Positions 15,831-24,514 are shown, numbered from the stretch's first letter. The stretch: DNA of 32,000 nt from Ignicoccus pacificus DSM 13166 (GCA_025340205.1 CP006868.1:1440001-1472000), one strand, 5' to 3'. The notes: generated by a model from the sequence alone, not told the origin. Translations and numbers: made by a program.

Positions 15831-17241
15831 CGCTCGCTTCAGGGGCGAATTTTACGATGTTAGAGAAATGAGGGCGGTGGAGCTCAACTCCGCATCCCTT
15901 GGGTTCTCCGAAGAGTTGATGATGGAGAATGCGGGAGCTTGGGTGGCGAAGGTAGCTAGGAGTAAAGGAGAGAGCTTCCTAATACTGGTCGGGAAGGGTG
16001 GAAAGGGCGGCGACGGGCTGGTCGCAGCCAGGCACTTAGCTCTGATGGGCGCTGAAGTTATGGTACTCTTTCCTTACAAAGAATGCGAAATAAAGAAGGA
16101 GACCACCAAGAAGAACTTAGAAAGAGCCAAGATGAGTGGGGTTAGATTTGTCAAGGAATTCACGGAGGCTGATGTCATCATAGATGCCCTGCTGGGAACT
16201 GGGGTTAAGGGAATGCCTAGGTCCCCCGCAAAGGAACTGATAGAGCAATCTAACGATTTCAATGCTTTCAAAATAGCCATTGACTTGCCTTCTGGAATGG
16301 ATCCGGATACTGGAGAGTGCGAGCTATGCTTCGAGGCGGACTTGATCGTGACCATGCATGCCCCTAAGCCCGGCTTGAAGAATCTGATGGATAAGGTAAT
16401 AGTTGCCGAGATAGGGATACCGAAGAGAGCGGATCAGTACTTGGGACCAGGGGATTTGCTACTCAGGCCAAGAGGGATAAGGAAGGGTAGCAACGGAAGG
16501 GTGGCGGTAATAGGCGGATCCAAAAGGTATCAAGGAGCTCCTTGGATCTCGGCGCTGGCTGCGTTTAGGGCCGGGGCGGATTTGGTCTACGTTTACACGC
16601 CTACTAGAATGGACTTCCCCGAGCTGATATGGAGGAAGAGGACTGGAACTCGAGTAGAGGAAATGAGTTTGAAGGAGGCCTTAGAAAAGGACAGAATAAA
16701 CGTAATAGTCGTTGGTCCTGGACTGGCGGAGGAAGCGCTTGAGATAACCAAGGAGGTTCTTGAGTATGCAAAAGAGAAGGACGTTTCCTTGGTTTTAGAC
16801 GCTGACTCATTAAAGGTATTGCCGGAAATCGGAGAGAAGCTTGGCTGGAAAGCCGTGCTCACCCCCCATCTCGGGGAGGCCTCAAAGCTTCTCGGAAGGA
16901 GCTTAACGGATTCGCCTAAGGAGAGGATGGAGGCCGCCTTTGATATTTCCGATTCCTTTGAAGCATGTGTAATACTAAAGGGTCCAATAGACGTGGTGGC
17001 TTGCAAGGACAAGCTCGTACTCAACACTACGGGGAACGAGTACATGACCGTTGGAGGTACCGGTGACGCCCTCTCCGGTGTAGTAGGAGCGTTGCTAGGG
17101 AGGGACGAGCCCTGGTGGGCGGCTAAGGCTACCACTTATGCTGTAGGTAAATCGGGAGAAATATGCGTAGAGGAAAGGGGGCACGCTTCCCCAACTTGCC
17201 TCATAGAGACCGTCCCGAAGGTGCTACACTCCGTTAAATGA
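15793..17241 (+). CDS. nnr: bifunctional NAD(P)H-hydrate repair enzyme (epimerase YjeF-N + ADP-dependent dehydratase YjeF-C)
   Basis: YjeF-N motifs: EMRAVE...LMMENAG, GKGGKGGDGLVAARHL, DALLGTG. YjeF-C motifs: AVIGGSKRYQGAPWISALAAFRAGADLVYV, LTPHLGE, GGTGDALSG. The start is uncertain. The track ORF begins at 15733, but ATG 15793 is chosen here. TTG near 15820 and ATG 15869 are also possible. Confidence 0.85.
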   Translation: MYPGCSGEPLLNNARFRGEFYDVREMRAVELNSASLGFSEELMMENAGAWVAKVARSKGESFLILVGKGGKGGDGLVAARHLALMGAEVMVLFPYKECEIKKETTKKNLERAKMSGVRFVKEFTEADVIIDALLGTGVKGMPRSPAKELIEQSNDFNAFKIAIDLPSGMDPDTGECELCFEADLIVTMHAPKPGLKNLMDKVIVAEIGIPKRADQYLGPGDLLLRPRGIRKGSNGRVAVIGGSKRYQGAPWISALAAFRAGADLVYVYTPTRMDFPELIWRKRTGTRVEEMSLKEALEKDRINVIVVGPGLAEEALEITKEVLEYAKEKDVSLVLDADSLKVLPEIGEKLGWKAVLTPHLGEASKLLGRSLTDSPKERMEAAFDISDSFEACVILKGPIDVVACKDKLVLNTTGNEYMTVGGTGDALSGVVGALLGRDEPWWAAKATTYAVGKSGEICVEERGHASPTCLIETVPKVLHSVK

Positions 17242-17359
17242 GTGTCCCCAGAGTGTTCGAAAGTCTTAACTTTTCGAGGGTGTGCCTTTCGTGGGGTTCG
17301 ACACGAGTCCTTCACTAATATACTCTTCGGTCACACTATTCTGAACCCGGGGACTACTC

Positions 17360-18334
17360 GTGTCAGAGGTCCAAAGAGCTAGATCCATTTCCGATTTGCC
17401 CGGAGTGGGGCCGACGACTGCCTCCAAGCTGGTAGAGGCCGGCTACGGAACCATTGAGGCCATAGCAGTAGCGACGCCGGAGGAGTTAGTAGCGGCTGCC
17501 GGCATACCGCTCTCTACTGCGCAGAAGATAATCAAGGCGGCTAGGCAGTTACTAGACATCAGGTTCAAGACCGCTAAGGAAGTGAAGGAAGAGAGAATGC
17601 ATCTAAGGAAGATAACCACCGGCTCCAGCAACTTGGACGAGCTACTAGGCGGAGGAGTGGAGACGAAGACTATAACCGAGTTCTTCGGTGAGTTCGGAAG
17701 CGGTAAGAGCCAGATCTCTCACCAGTTGAGCGTGAACGTCCAGCTACCAGCAGATCAAGGTGGGCTCACCGAGGGCGACAAGATAGCGAAGGCCGTCTAC
17801 ATAGACACCGAGGGTACCTTCAGGTGGGAAAGGATAGAGCAAATGGCCAGATGCTTAGGAATGGATCCTGAGCTGGTAATGGAAAACATATACTACATGA
17901 GGGCAGTTAACAGCGATCATCAGATGGCAGTGGTAGAGGAACTCTTCGAGCTAGTGCCCAAGGAGAACGTGAAGTTGGTGGTAGTAGACTCAGTAACCAG
18001 CCACTTCAGGGCGGAGTATCCTGGAAGAGAGAACTTGGCCTTGAGGCAGCAGAAGTTGAACAAGCACTTGCACCAGCTCGGAAGGCTAGCTGAGGTGTTC
18101 AACGTAGCGGTGGTGATAACCAACCAAGTGATGGCCAGACCCGACGTGTTCTACGGAGATCCAACTCAAGCTGTCGGAGGTCACGTGCTTTACCACGCCC
18201 CTGGAGTTAGAGTGCAGCTGAAGAAGAGCAGAGGAAACAAGAGGATTGCTAGGATGGTAGATGCCCCACACTTGCCGGAAGGAGAGACCGTGTTCGCCAT
18301 CACGGAGTGTGGTATACGTGACCCAGAGGACTGA
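17360..18334 (+). CDS. radA: DNA repair and recombination protein RadA
   Basis: N-terminal HhH region ([17 protein letters not shown]), Walker [10 protein letters not shown], Walker B KLVVVDSV, and the RadA/Rad51 loop blocks. 324 aa, GTG start. Confidence 0.95.
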   Translation: MSEVQRARSISDLPGVGPTTASKLVEAGYGTIEAIAVATPEELVAAAGIPLSTAQKIIKAARQLLDIRFKTAKEVKEERMHLRKITTGSSNLDELLGGGVETKTITEFFGEFGSGKSQISHQLSVNVQLPADQGGLTEGDKIAKAVYIDTEGTFRWERIEQMARCLGMDPELVMENIYYMRAVNSDHQMAVVEELFELVPKENVKLVVVDSVTSHFRAEYPGRENLALRQQKLNKHLHQLGRLAEVFNVAVVITNQVMARPDVFYGDPTQAVGGHVLYHAPGVRVQLKKSRGNKRIARMVDAPHLPEGETVFAITECGIRDPED

Positions 18335-18521
18335 TCTCATTATTTCCCTTCTTAAAGAAAAGGGTTCCCTAACGTCGAAGGAGATAATTACTCACTTAAT
18401 TGAGAAAGGGGTTGACGTAATAGAAGCAAGAGTAAGTCTGGCTAACTTAGTGAGGGAGGGAGCTATCGAGAAGGTTCCCGATTATGAGAAGAAGGTAGAA
18501 GTGTTTAAGTTGAAGGAGTAA
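18318..18521 (+). CDS. small putative winged-helix DNA-binding protein, about 67 aa
   Basis: The track ORF 18261-18521 is trimmed to the in-frame GTG at 18318, because the upstream part is a shadow of the radA C-terminus. The sequence [47 protein letters not shown] has a helix-turn-helix plus wing pattern. It overlaps the radA stop by 17 nt. Confidence 0.45.
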   Translation: MTQRTDLIISLLKEKGSLTSKEIITHLIEKGVDVIEARVSLANLVREGAIEKVPDYEKKVEVFKLKE

Positions 18522-18527
18522 AAAGAG

Positions 18528-18543
18528 TATTTTGTTATCTTTA
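18528..18543. terminator. T-rich tract between convergent genes
   Basis: TATTTTGTTATCTTTA lies directly after the TAA at 18519-18521 and abuts the stop of the minus-strand cytochrome gene. Confidence 0.3.
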
Positions 18544-20211
18544 CTTCTTCATAGCCATCTCGTATAGCTTTAGGAATGTCTCCATTCTCGCTAGGTTCTC
18601 AGTGAGCCTATACCATCCTCTCTTGAAGGTGGTCCAGTCCTGTCCGTTCATGGCAACGCCAGCCCTTATGCTGTTGGCGTAGAACAGCCAAGTGTTGACC
18701 CATAGCCTCTCGAAGTACTCGTCGAAGAGGGTGCTGGGCTTCTTGAGGTCGACGTGAGCCAGTCCCTCCTGCCAAGCCTTTAGTAGCAGCACAGTAGCCT
18801 TCAGGGTGGCTAGGTTGGTCTCCTTGATCTGCTCGTCTAGCTCCTTGAACTTAGTCTCGACGTACTGCTTGTTGTGGCAGAACATACATACCTTCTCCAT
18901 TAGGGCCTTCCTCTTAGCTTGCTCCTGAGGACTGATCAGAGCGGGCTTGCCGGTGGTAGTGTTAATAGCGTACAGGAACTTACCAGTCTTGATATCGGGA
19001 GCTAGGCTCACCGGCAGAGGTAGCTTCACTCCAACTAGAGCCTTAGCGATGGTCAGACCCTCCTTAGCTAGGACCTCAGCGGTGTCAGCGGGTACAGCCT
19101 CGACGGCCATCTCCCAGTGCTTGCCTCCCTTAGGCATCGGGTGAGCGTAGATCAGACCGAATATCCTCACCCACAGCCTGCTGTCGACGTTGTGGGTCCT
19201 GGGCACTACCACCTTGTTGGTGTTGGGGTCAACTAGCTGGCTCATGTGACAAGTGGCGCAAGTGGGGGCGGTGAAGTCAACGCCGGGCTTCCAAGCGGGT
19301 GCCTTCATGTTGAAGTGGCTGTGATGCACGAACCATATGTTGCCGTGCTTACTCTCCTTCCAGACGTTGTACTCAGGCACGTCGGGATCTAGGTGGCACT
19401 GCCCACAAGTGTAGGGGCTCCTAGCTATGGCTATATCGAAGCTGTGCCTGGGGTGGCAAGCAGTACAAGCTCCTCTGCTTCCGTCGGGATTGACCCTTCC
19501 TACTCCGTGGTTGGGATATCCGTCATAGACTGCCATCTGCACTGGCAGGCCGTAGACCATCTCGGTCTTAGTGCCCTCGAACTTCACCTTAGTACCATGA
19601 CACTCTAGACAGCTTATCCTCTGGCTGGTGCTCTCTCCTCCTACCTTCTTACCCATACAAGTGAAGGTGGTGCTAGCGTCAACTAGGCCCTTGTATATGG
19701 GGTTCTTTACTAGGTTGTAGTAGGCCCAAGCCTTGCTGCTCTGCTCGTACTGCTTGACCTCAGTTCTGTGGCAAGTAGCACAGTCGTTAGGAGTGACTAT
19801 TACGTGGATCTTGAAGCCGAAGTGATCTATGGTGTCGGGGTGCTTGCCGGGATTCATGGCGTGGCACTCATAGCATCCGACTACGTAGTTCCTGTACTTA
19901 GGAGGTATCTGGTTTAGAGGGGTGCTTATCTCTCTAGCTATAGCGGGCTTTCTCCAAGCCTGAGCAGGGGTCACGTGGGCCATCTTGCTCCTTAGCCAAT
20001 CGGCGACTATTCCGGGAGTGTACTGGACGTGGCAGCTGAGACAGCTCTGGGTCTGAGGGCTGACGTTCTTTAGTTGGGAGATCGCTTGCATTAGGTTTAG
20101 GGTGTTGGCCTTTGCTGGAGCGCTGGCCGGTCCACCCATGCCTCCCATAGGCATGGCTAGGAGAGCGGTCGCTAGGATAAGCGCTAGAAGAGGAGCCTTC
20201 AAGGCCTTCAT
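18541..20211 (-). CDS. octahaem c-type cytochrome, hydroxylamine oxidoreductase (HAO)-like family, secreted
   Basis: Eight CxxCH haem-binding motifs, in order: CLSCH, CYECH, CATCH, CLECH, CTACH, CGQCH, CATCH, CMFCH. N-terminal signal peptide MKALKAPLLALILATALLAMP. The 556-aa length and the motif spacing, with a long helical C-terminal region after haem 7, resemble HAO-family octahaem proteins. GGAGGG (SD-like) lies 7-8 nt upstream of the ATG. Confidence 0.88.
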   Translation of the reverse strand: MKALKAPLLALILATALLAMPMGGMGGPASAPAKANTLNLMQAISQLKNVSPQTQSCLSCHVQYTPGIVADWLRSKMAHVTPAQAWRKPAIAREISTPLNQIPPKYRNYVVGCYECHAMNPGKHPDTIDHFGFKIHVIVTPNDCATCHRTEVKQYEQSSKAWAYYNLVKNPIYKGLVDASTTFTCMGKKVGGESTSQRISCLECHGTKVKFEGTKTEMVYGLPVQMAVYDGYPNHGVGRVNPDGSRGACTACHPRHSFDIAIARSPYTCGQCHLDPDVPEYNVWKESKHGNIWFVHHSHFNMKAPAWKPGVDFTAPTCATCHMSQLVDPNTNKVVVPRTHNVDSRLWVRIFGLIYAHPMPKGGKHWEMAVEAVPADTAEVLAKEGLTIAKALVGVKLPLPVSLAPDIKTGKFLYAINTTTGKPALISPQEQAKRKALMEKVCMFCHNKQYVETKFKELDEQIKETNLATLKATVLLLKAWQEGLAHVDLKKPSTLFDEYFERLWVNTWLFYANSIRAGVAMNGQDWTTFKRGWYRLTENLARMETFLKLYEMAMKK

Positions 20212-20271
20212 GTTCCTTCCCTCCCTCGGGGTTTAGTGTTAATGGAGTCACTGAAAAAGCTTTCCCGGGCG

Positions 20272-20304
20272 GTTTACAAAACGAGATTAGCACTGTTTAC
20301 AAAA
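20272..20304. promoter_or_regulatory. perfect 10-nt direct repeat GTTTACAAAA (x2, 23-bp period) in the divergent cytochrome/nre promoter region
   Basis: Read directly at 20272-20281 and 20295-20304. The second copy could double as the TATA element of the + strand gene, about 41 nt upstream of ATG 20345. Confidence 0.6.
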
Positions 20305-20344
20305 ACCCCGAAACCATCACTATGGAAAAGGGGAGATCAGATAG

Positions 20345-21529
20345 ATGAAGAGAATCGATCCCGAGCTCTGCGCTCGGTGTAAGGGATACAAGAGGCTCTG
20401 CGGTCTTCCGAACTGCCCTATATTGCAAAGATTTCGGGCCTACAAAAGTGCGGGCTGGGAGGAGAAGGAGCCGGAAGGCCCAACTCCGCCATCTCCTATA
20501 GTAGGAGAAAGAGGTTACCCTAAGGTCCCCGTATCCCTTGGTCTCTCACCTTACGGGGATCCAAAGCTCCGTGATGATCCATATATGTGGATTAAGATGA
20601 ACTTGAAGCTAGAAGATATAGCAAGACTCAGAATGGAGATGCTTAATCCTTTTAAGAGATTTGATGCCAGGAGACCTTGGGAGCTTCTTAAAGGCGAGAT
20701 CTTGTGGGGTGCTATAAGCGAGAAGCCTGTAGACGTGGAGGCTGAAGCCTTAGGCAAGCCTAAGCCCCCCTCTCTAGACGGCTTACTAGCTCCCCTCGGT
20801 CCCTCGGTTAAGGCGGAAAAAGTAAAGGTTACTTCAAACCCAAAGGTAGATCCCCTCATCGAAAGGAGGGCTTCTGAGAGAATAAAGGCGGAGGAAGCGC
20901 TTAGAGAACTCTTCGAGTGGGGAAGGGATCCCTATTTGCTCATCAAGGCGTTTAGCCTGGGAATGTTTGGGAGGAAGAAGAGGCTAGTTCCCACGCGTTG
21001 GGCCATAACTGCCGTTGATCAGACCCTTTCCAAATTCCTTAAGGAGAACATCTTAAAGTTTTCTTGGATCGACGGGTTTAAGGTCGGAAGATATTCTCAC
21101 CTAGGTAACACCTATACCGTGATACTGAAGCCGGGGCCGCCTTCTGTTGAGATGTTCGAGATATGGAAGAGAGGCAGCTTGTGGAGTTCGGAGAAGGACG
21201 TTCTCATTTACAATATCGAGTACTCATTACCCACTTCCAAGGCTATGGATCCTTCTGACGGGGGCTTCCATGCCATAAAACATGGAGTGTTGAAAGCGTT
21301 ATACGAGAAGAGGGTAAGCGCTTCTGTAATCGTGATAAGGGAGATAGATGAGAGCTACTATATGCCTTTGGGAGTGTGGCAGGTCAGAGAGGGAGCTAGG
21401 CTGGCTGCGCTCGAAGCGCTGAGCTCCCCCAACCTCAACGAGAAAGAGTTGGGGGAGGTGGTTAACGAGAAGTACCTCAGCTCTTCGCGCTTGTTGAGGA
21501 CCCGAGGTCTCTCAGAGTACATAAAATAG
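20345..21529 (+). CDS. archaeal Nre-family (NreA-like, DUF650/DUF651) putative DNA repair protein
   Basis: The N-terminal Cys cluster CARCKGYKRLCGLPNCPILQRF, the ~390-aa length and the conserved RLVPTRWAITAVD block match my recollection of the archaeal Nre family. Not verified by search. Confidence 0.6.
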   Translation: MKRIDPELCARCKGYKRLCGLPNCPILQRFRAYKSAGWEEKEPEGPTPPSPIVGERGYPKVPVSLGLSPYGDPKLRDDPYMWIKMNLKLEDIARLRMEMLNPFKRFDARRPWELLKGEILWGAISEKPVDVEAEALGKPKPPSLDGLLAPLGPSVKAEKVKVTSNPKVDPLIERRASERIKAEEALRELFEWGRDPYLLIKAFSLGMFGRKKRLVPTRWAITAVDQTLSKFLKENILKFSWIDGFKVGRYSHLGNTYTVILKPGPPSVEMFEIWKRGSLWSSEKDVLIYNIEYSLPTSKAMDPSDGGFHAIKHGVLKALYEKRVSASVIVIREIDESYYMPLGVWQVREGARLAALEALSSPNLNEKELGEVVNEKYLSSSRLLRTRGLSEYIK

Positions 21530-21992
21530 GTAGTTCTGACTCCCACCTTTCTGGTTCCACGAGCTCCCTAGGTAAGTCGCGAGTGTTGGAAAACAGCTGG
21601 TAGACGGCCTTCCAGCTGACCTTCCCTCTACTCGTGATCAACTCGGTACTCTTCAAGCACTTAGTTAACTTCATTCCCTTTTCCTTAGCCTTCTTACATG
21701 CAAAATAGACAATGTATTTTGCAAGCATTTCGCCGAGGTATCCTATCCTTCCTCTGTCTTGATTTAGCCTCGCAGCAAACCAGTTGCCAATAGTTTGGGC
21801 CGCTTTCTCTACTAGGTCTACGTCCACTTCTACTGGCAACACCGCTCTCGCCCTTCCCCCCATGACCTCAATGATGTTTCCATTTACCTTAACGTCTACA
21901 CACTTGACTACCTTCTCCTTCCTCTGACCGCATATTATCAGTAAGTATACAGTATCCCCCTCACGACCCACCTTAGCCCTACAGTTCTTCAA
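21477..21992 (-). CDS. hypothetical protein, 171 aa
   Basis: TTG-start ORF 49 nt downstream of the secreted-protein gene on the same strand. No motif recognised. Its last 53 nt overlap the 3' end of the convergent nre-like gene. Confidence 0.45.
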   Translation of the reverse strand: MKNCRAKVGREGDTVYLLIICGQRKEKVVKCVDVKVNGNIIEVMGGRARAVLPVEVDVDLVEKAAQTIGNWFAARLNQDRGRIGYLGEMLAKYIVYFACKKAKEKGMKLTKCLKSTELITSRGKVSWKAVYQLFSNTRDLPRELVEPERWESELPILCTLRDLGSSTSAKS

Positions 21993-22041
21993 TTCTATTA
22001 TCCAATAGTTATCTGTATCCCTCTCACTATTAAGTTAATAC

Positions 22042-22857
22042 CTAATGTTTCTGAAAAGCTCTCCTAATGAGATGAGCTAGAGGGACTAACAGAAGGGGTA
22101 AGGGTATTGGAGTGGTCGTTTGAGAGGTGTTCACCTCAGTTAACAGAGTGCTCACGCTAACTTGAGGTGTGAGAGGTAGGACTGTGGCTACGTAAGCTGT
22201 GGCGGTAACCAAGGGTAAGCTACCGGGACAGAAGGGGGCTACCGTAATTAAGGTACTGTTGGTACCATTGTACGTGCTGGCCCTTATCGTAACCTTAGGT
22301 ATGTTGAAGCTTACCGTATTGTAAACGGGACTAGTACAATTCCACAAAGCGTTAACTATTACTTGATCTTTCAGTACCTGAGTCCACGTTACGGTAACCG
22401 TGTAAACGTAGTACAAGTTCTCGGTAGCGTTGTAAATCTCAGTGTAGGTCGTTATCCCTTGATTGAAGGTTAGGTTTCCGCTGAAGCCGGAGCCTAATAC
22501 TGTAACCACACTTGTCATTATGCCGGAGCAAGCCGCATAGGTAGCTCCCGTAGGTATTGAGAAATAGTAAATGCCTCTCCCAGTATAAGGAGGCAAACTT
22601 ATCGCCGTCCCCTCGATGAGGGCCACACAACCAGAGGGGCTTAAGGTAACCGTGCATAAGTAGAGCTCACCGGTATACGTCAAGGAACCAACTATAGTCA
22701 ATACGTTAGTTTTCAGATAGCTGACTGGGTATATGAAATTGAAGTTCTTGTAAGCGACTGTAGTTTGTGCTTGCACCGCGTAGAGCTCGGCGCTGGCTGG
22801 TAACGCGACCAACAGAAGGATTAGTGTTATCCATTCCTTCACGGTCCAAGTTCCCAA
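22042..22857 (-). CDS. secreted Thr/Val/Tyr-rich protein with a C-terminal membrane-anchor or sorting signal
   Basis: Signal peptide (M)KEWITLILLLVALPASA-ELY. The likely true start is the GTG at 22842 rather than the TTG at 22857. The body is beta-rich with at least 6 N-x-S/T sequons. The C-terminus is NTSQTTT-PIPLP-LLLVPLAHLI-RRAFQKH. Confidence 0.65.
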   Translation of the reverse strand: MGTWTVKEWITLILLLVALPASAELYAVQAQTTVAYKNFNFIYPVSYLKTNVLTIVGSLTYTGELYLCTVTLSPSGCVALIEGTAISLPPYTGRGIYYFSIPTGATYAACSGIMTSVVTVLGSGFSGNLTFNQGITTYTEIYNATENLYYVYTVTVTWTQVLKDQVIVNALWNCTSPVYNTVSFNIPKVTIRASTYNGTNSTLITVAPFCPGSLPLVTATAYVATVLPLTPQVSVSTLLTEVNTSQTTTPIPLPLLLVPLAHLIRRAFQKH

Positions 22858-22897
22858 TGGGCTAAAAACCTACTTCAGATTAAATGTTGAGGGAACC

Positions 22898-23599
22898 ATG
22901 AAGTTTCTCTATGAAGGCAAGACTAAGAAGGTCTACGACGCTGGGGATTACTACGTCTTAGAATTTAAGGATGTCTTTACTGCGTTTGACGGAAAAAAGG
23001 TAGAGGAGGTCAAGGGTAAGGGAGAGGTTAACGCTAAGTTCACCGAGCTCCTGATGAAAGTACTTGAAGAAAAAGGTGTGCCTACTCATTTCGTGAAAAG
23101 AGATGGTAATAAGCTCTATGTAAAGAAAGCTAAGCCTTTACCCTTGGAGTTCATAGTTAGAAACTACGCTTACGGGAGCCTACTGAAGAGGCTCCCAATC
23201 TTGGAGAAGGGTCAAGAGCTCAAGAGACCTGTTTACGAAATTCACTATAAGAGCGACGAGCTTCACGATCCCTTGCTGGCAACGGATGATCCAATAGCGG
23301 CCGGCTTGCTGAGCGAGGAACAAGCGGAAGAAATAAGAAACTTGACGATGAGAGTAAATGATATATTAAAAGAAGTATTTAACGAGGCAGGATACAAGCT
23401 CATAGACTTTAAGGTTGAATATGGAATAACGCCAGAGGGCAAGATAATCCTAATTGATGAACTAAGTCCGGACTCCTTTAGGGCACACAAAGGCGAGGAG
23501 ATATACGATAAGGACTTGTTTAGGAAGGGCGCCTCCGGCGAGGAGACGCTCAAGAGGTACTTGAAGTTGTTGGAAGACTTAGAGAGGGTGGTAGCTTGA
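22898..23599 (+). CDS. purC: phosphoribosylaminoimidazole-succinocarboxamide (SAICAR) synthase
   Basis: MKFLYEGKTKKVY N-terminus, PLEFIVRNYAYGS, and LIDFKVEYG...IILIDELSPDSFR blocks typical of PurC. Confidence 0.95.
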   Translation: MKFLYEGKTKKVYDAGDYYVLEFKDVFTAFDGKKVEEVKGKGEVNAKFTELLMKVLEEKGVPTHFVKRDGNKLYVKKAKPLPLEFIVRNYAYGSLLKRLPILEKGQELKRPVYEIHYKSDELHDPLLATDDPIAAGLLSEEQAEEIRNLTMRVNDILKEVFNEAGYKLIDFKVEYGITPEGKIILIDELSPDSFRAHKGEEIYDKDLFRKGASGEETLKRYLKLLEDLERVVA

Positions 23600-23868
23600 G
23601 CACTTACAAGATAGAGGTAATAATAAGGAACAAGAAGGTAGCTAGAGACCCTGAAGGAGAAACCATATACAAGGAGCTCATAGGGAGATCCTCGTATGCT
23701 AGTGAAATTAAGGGAATCAGATCGGGTAAATGGCTCCTCTTTGAAGTAGAAGCAGATAGCTTGGAGACCGCTCTGAAGGACGTGGAGAAGCTCTGTAAGG
23801 ACTTGAGAATATTCAATCCGGTGGTCCACGAGATGGAGGTGAGGCCCTATCAAGGTGGGAGTGCTTAA
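23596..23868 (+). CDS. purS: phosphoribosylformylglycinamidine synthase subunit PurS
   Basis: About 90 aa. YKIEVIIRNKKVARDPEGETI... matches the PurS pattern. It sits between purC and purQ. Its TTG start overlaps the purC TGA (TTGA). Confidence 0.85.
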   Translation: MSTYKIEVIIRNKKVARDPEGETIYKELIGRSSYASEIKGIRSGKWLLFEVEADSLETALKDVEKLCKDLRIFNPVVHEMEVRPYQGGSA

Positions 23869-24514
23869 GTTCCCCGGAACCAACGGGGACGAAGACGTAG
23901 CTCACGTTGTCAGACTCTTCGGTATGGAGTCTCAAATAGTTTGGTACAAAGAGTTTAAACAAAAGGATTGGGACGCCATAGTGCTTGCAGGAGGCTTCAG
24001 CTACGCCGACAGGTTAAGGGCAGGAGCAATAGCAGCTGCCACGAAGGCCATGGATGAAGTACTAGAAGCGGCGGAAGAGGGAAAGCCCGTATTGGGTATT
24101 TGTAACGGCTTCCAAATGCTGGTCGAGAAAGGGCTCATGGGAGAGGCAGCCCTACTACACAATGAGAACAACAGATTCATATGCAAATGGGTCAAGCTAA
24201 AGGTAACTGACGTGAAAACTCCTTGGACCTTGGCTTATGAGGAAGGGGAAGAGGTCGATATGCCGATAGCTCACGCCGAAGGAAGATTCTATGCTAGTGA
24301 AAAACCTAACAGAATAGCATTTCAATACGTGGAAAATCCTAACGGGAGCTTGTGGGACGTAGCGGGAGTAGTGTCTCCTAAGTATGAAAACGTGGTTGGC
24401 ATGATGCCCCATCCGGAGAGGGCCTCTGAGGAGGTCCTAGCTCCCCCCGGAAGGGGTCCAGGAGGCAAAAAGGTCTGGGAAAGCCTTAGGACTGCTCTGA
24501 AGTCTGGCTGGTAA
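23855..24514 (+). CDS. purQ: phosphoribosylformylglycinamidine synthase, glutaminase subunit PurQ
   Basis: VLKFPGTNGDEDV N-terminus, nucleophile elbow GICNGFQML, and catalytic MMPHPERA. GTG start at 23855 or 23861. Confidence 0.92.
   Translation: MGVLKFPGTNGDEDVAHVVRLFGMESQIVWYKEFKQKDWDAIVLAGGFSYADRLRAGAIAAATKAMDEVLEAAEEGKPVLGICNGFQMLVEKGLMGEAALLHNENNRFICKWVKLKVTDVKTPWTLAYEEGEEVDMPIAHAEGRFYASEKPNRIAFQYVENPNGSLWDVAGVVSPKYENVVGMMPHPERASEEVLAPPGRGPGGKKVWESLRTALKSGW

Noticed and set aside
16593-17135. 180-aa minus-strand ORF, and other antisense ORFs in nnr, radA, the cytochrome gene and the dehydrogenase/hydratase gene
   Set aside because: These are shadow ORFs opposite conserved genes, with Ser/Pro/Leu-rich low-complexity translations.
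20570-20640. GTGATGA (C-box-like) inside the nre-like CDS, considered as a C/D box sRNA
   Set aside because: No CTGA D box or C'/D' pair lies at the expected 50-70 nt spacing, and there are no terminal stems. I also looked through the intergenic regions by eye for RTGATGA...CTGA pairs and found no convincing one.
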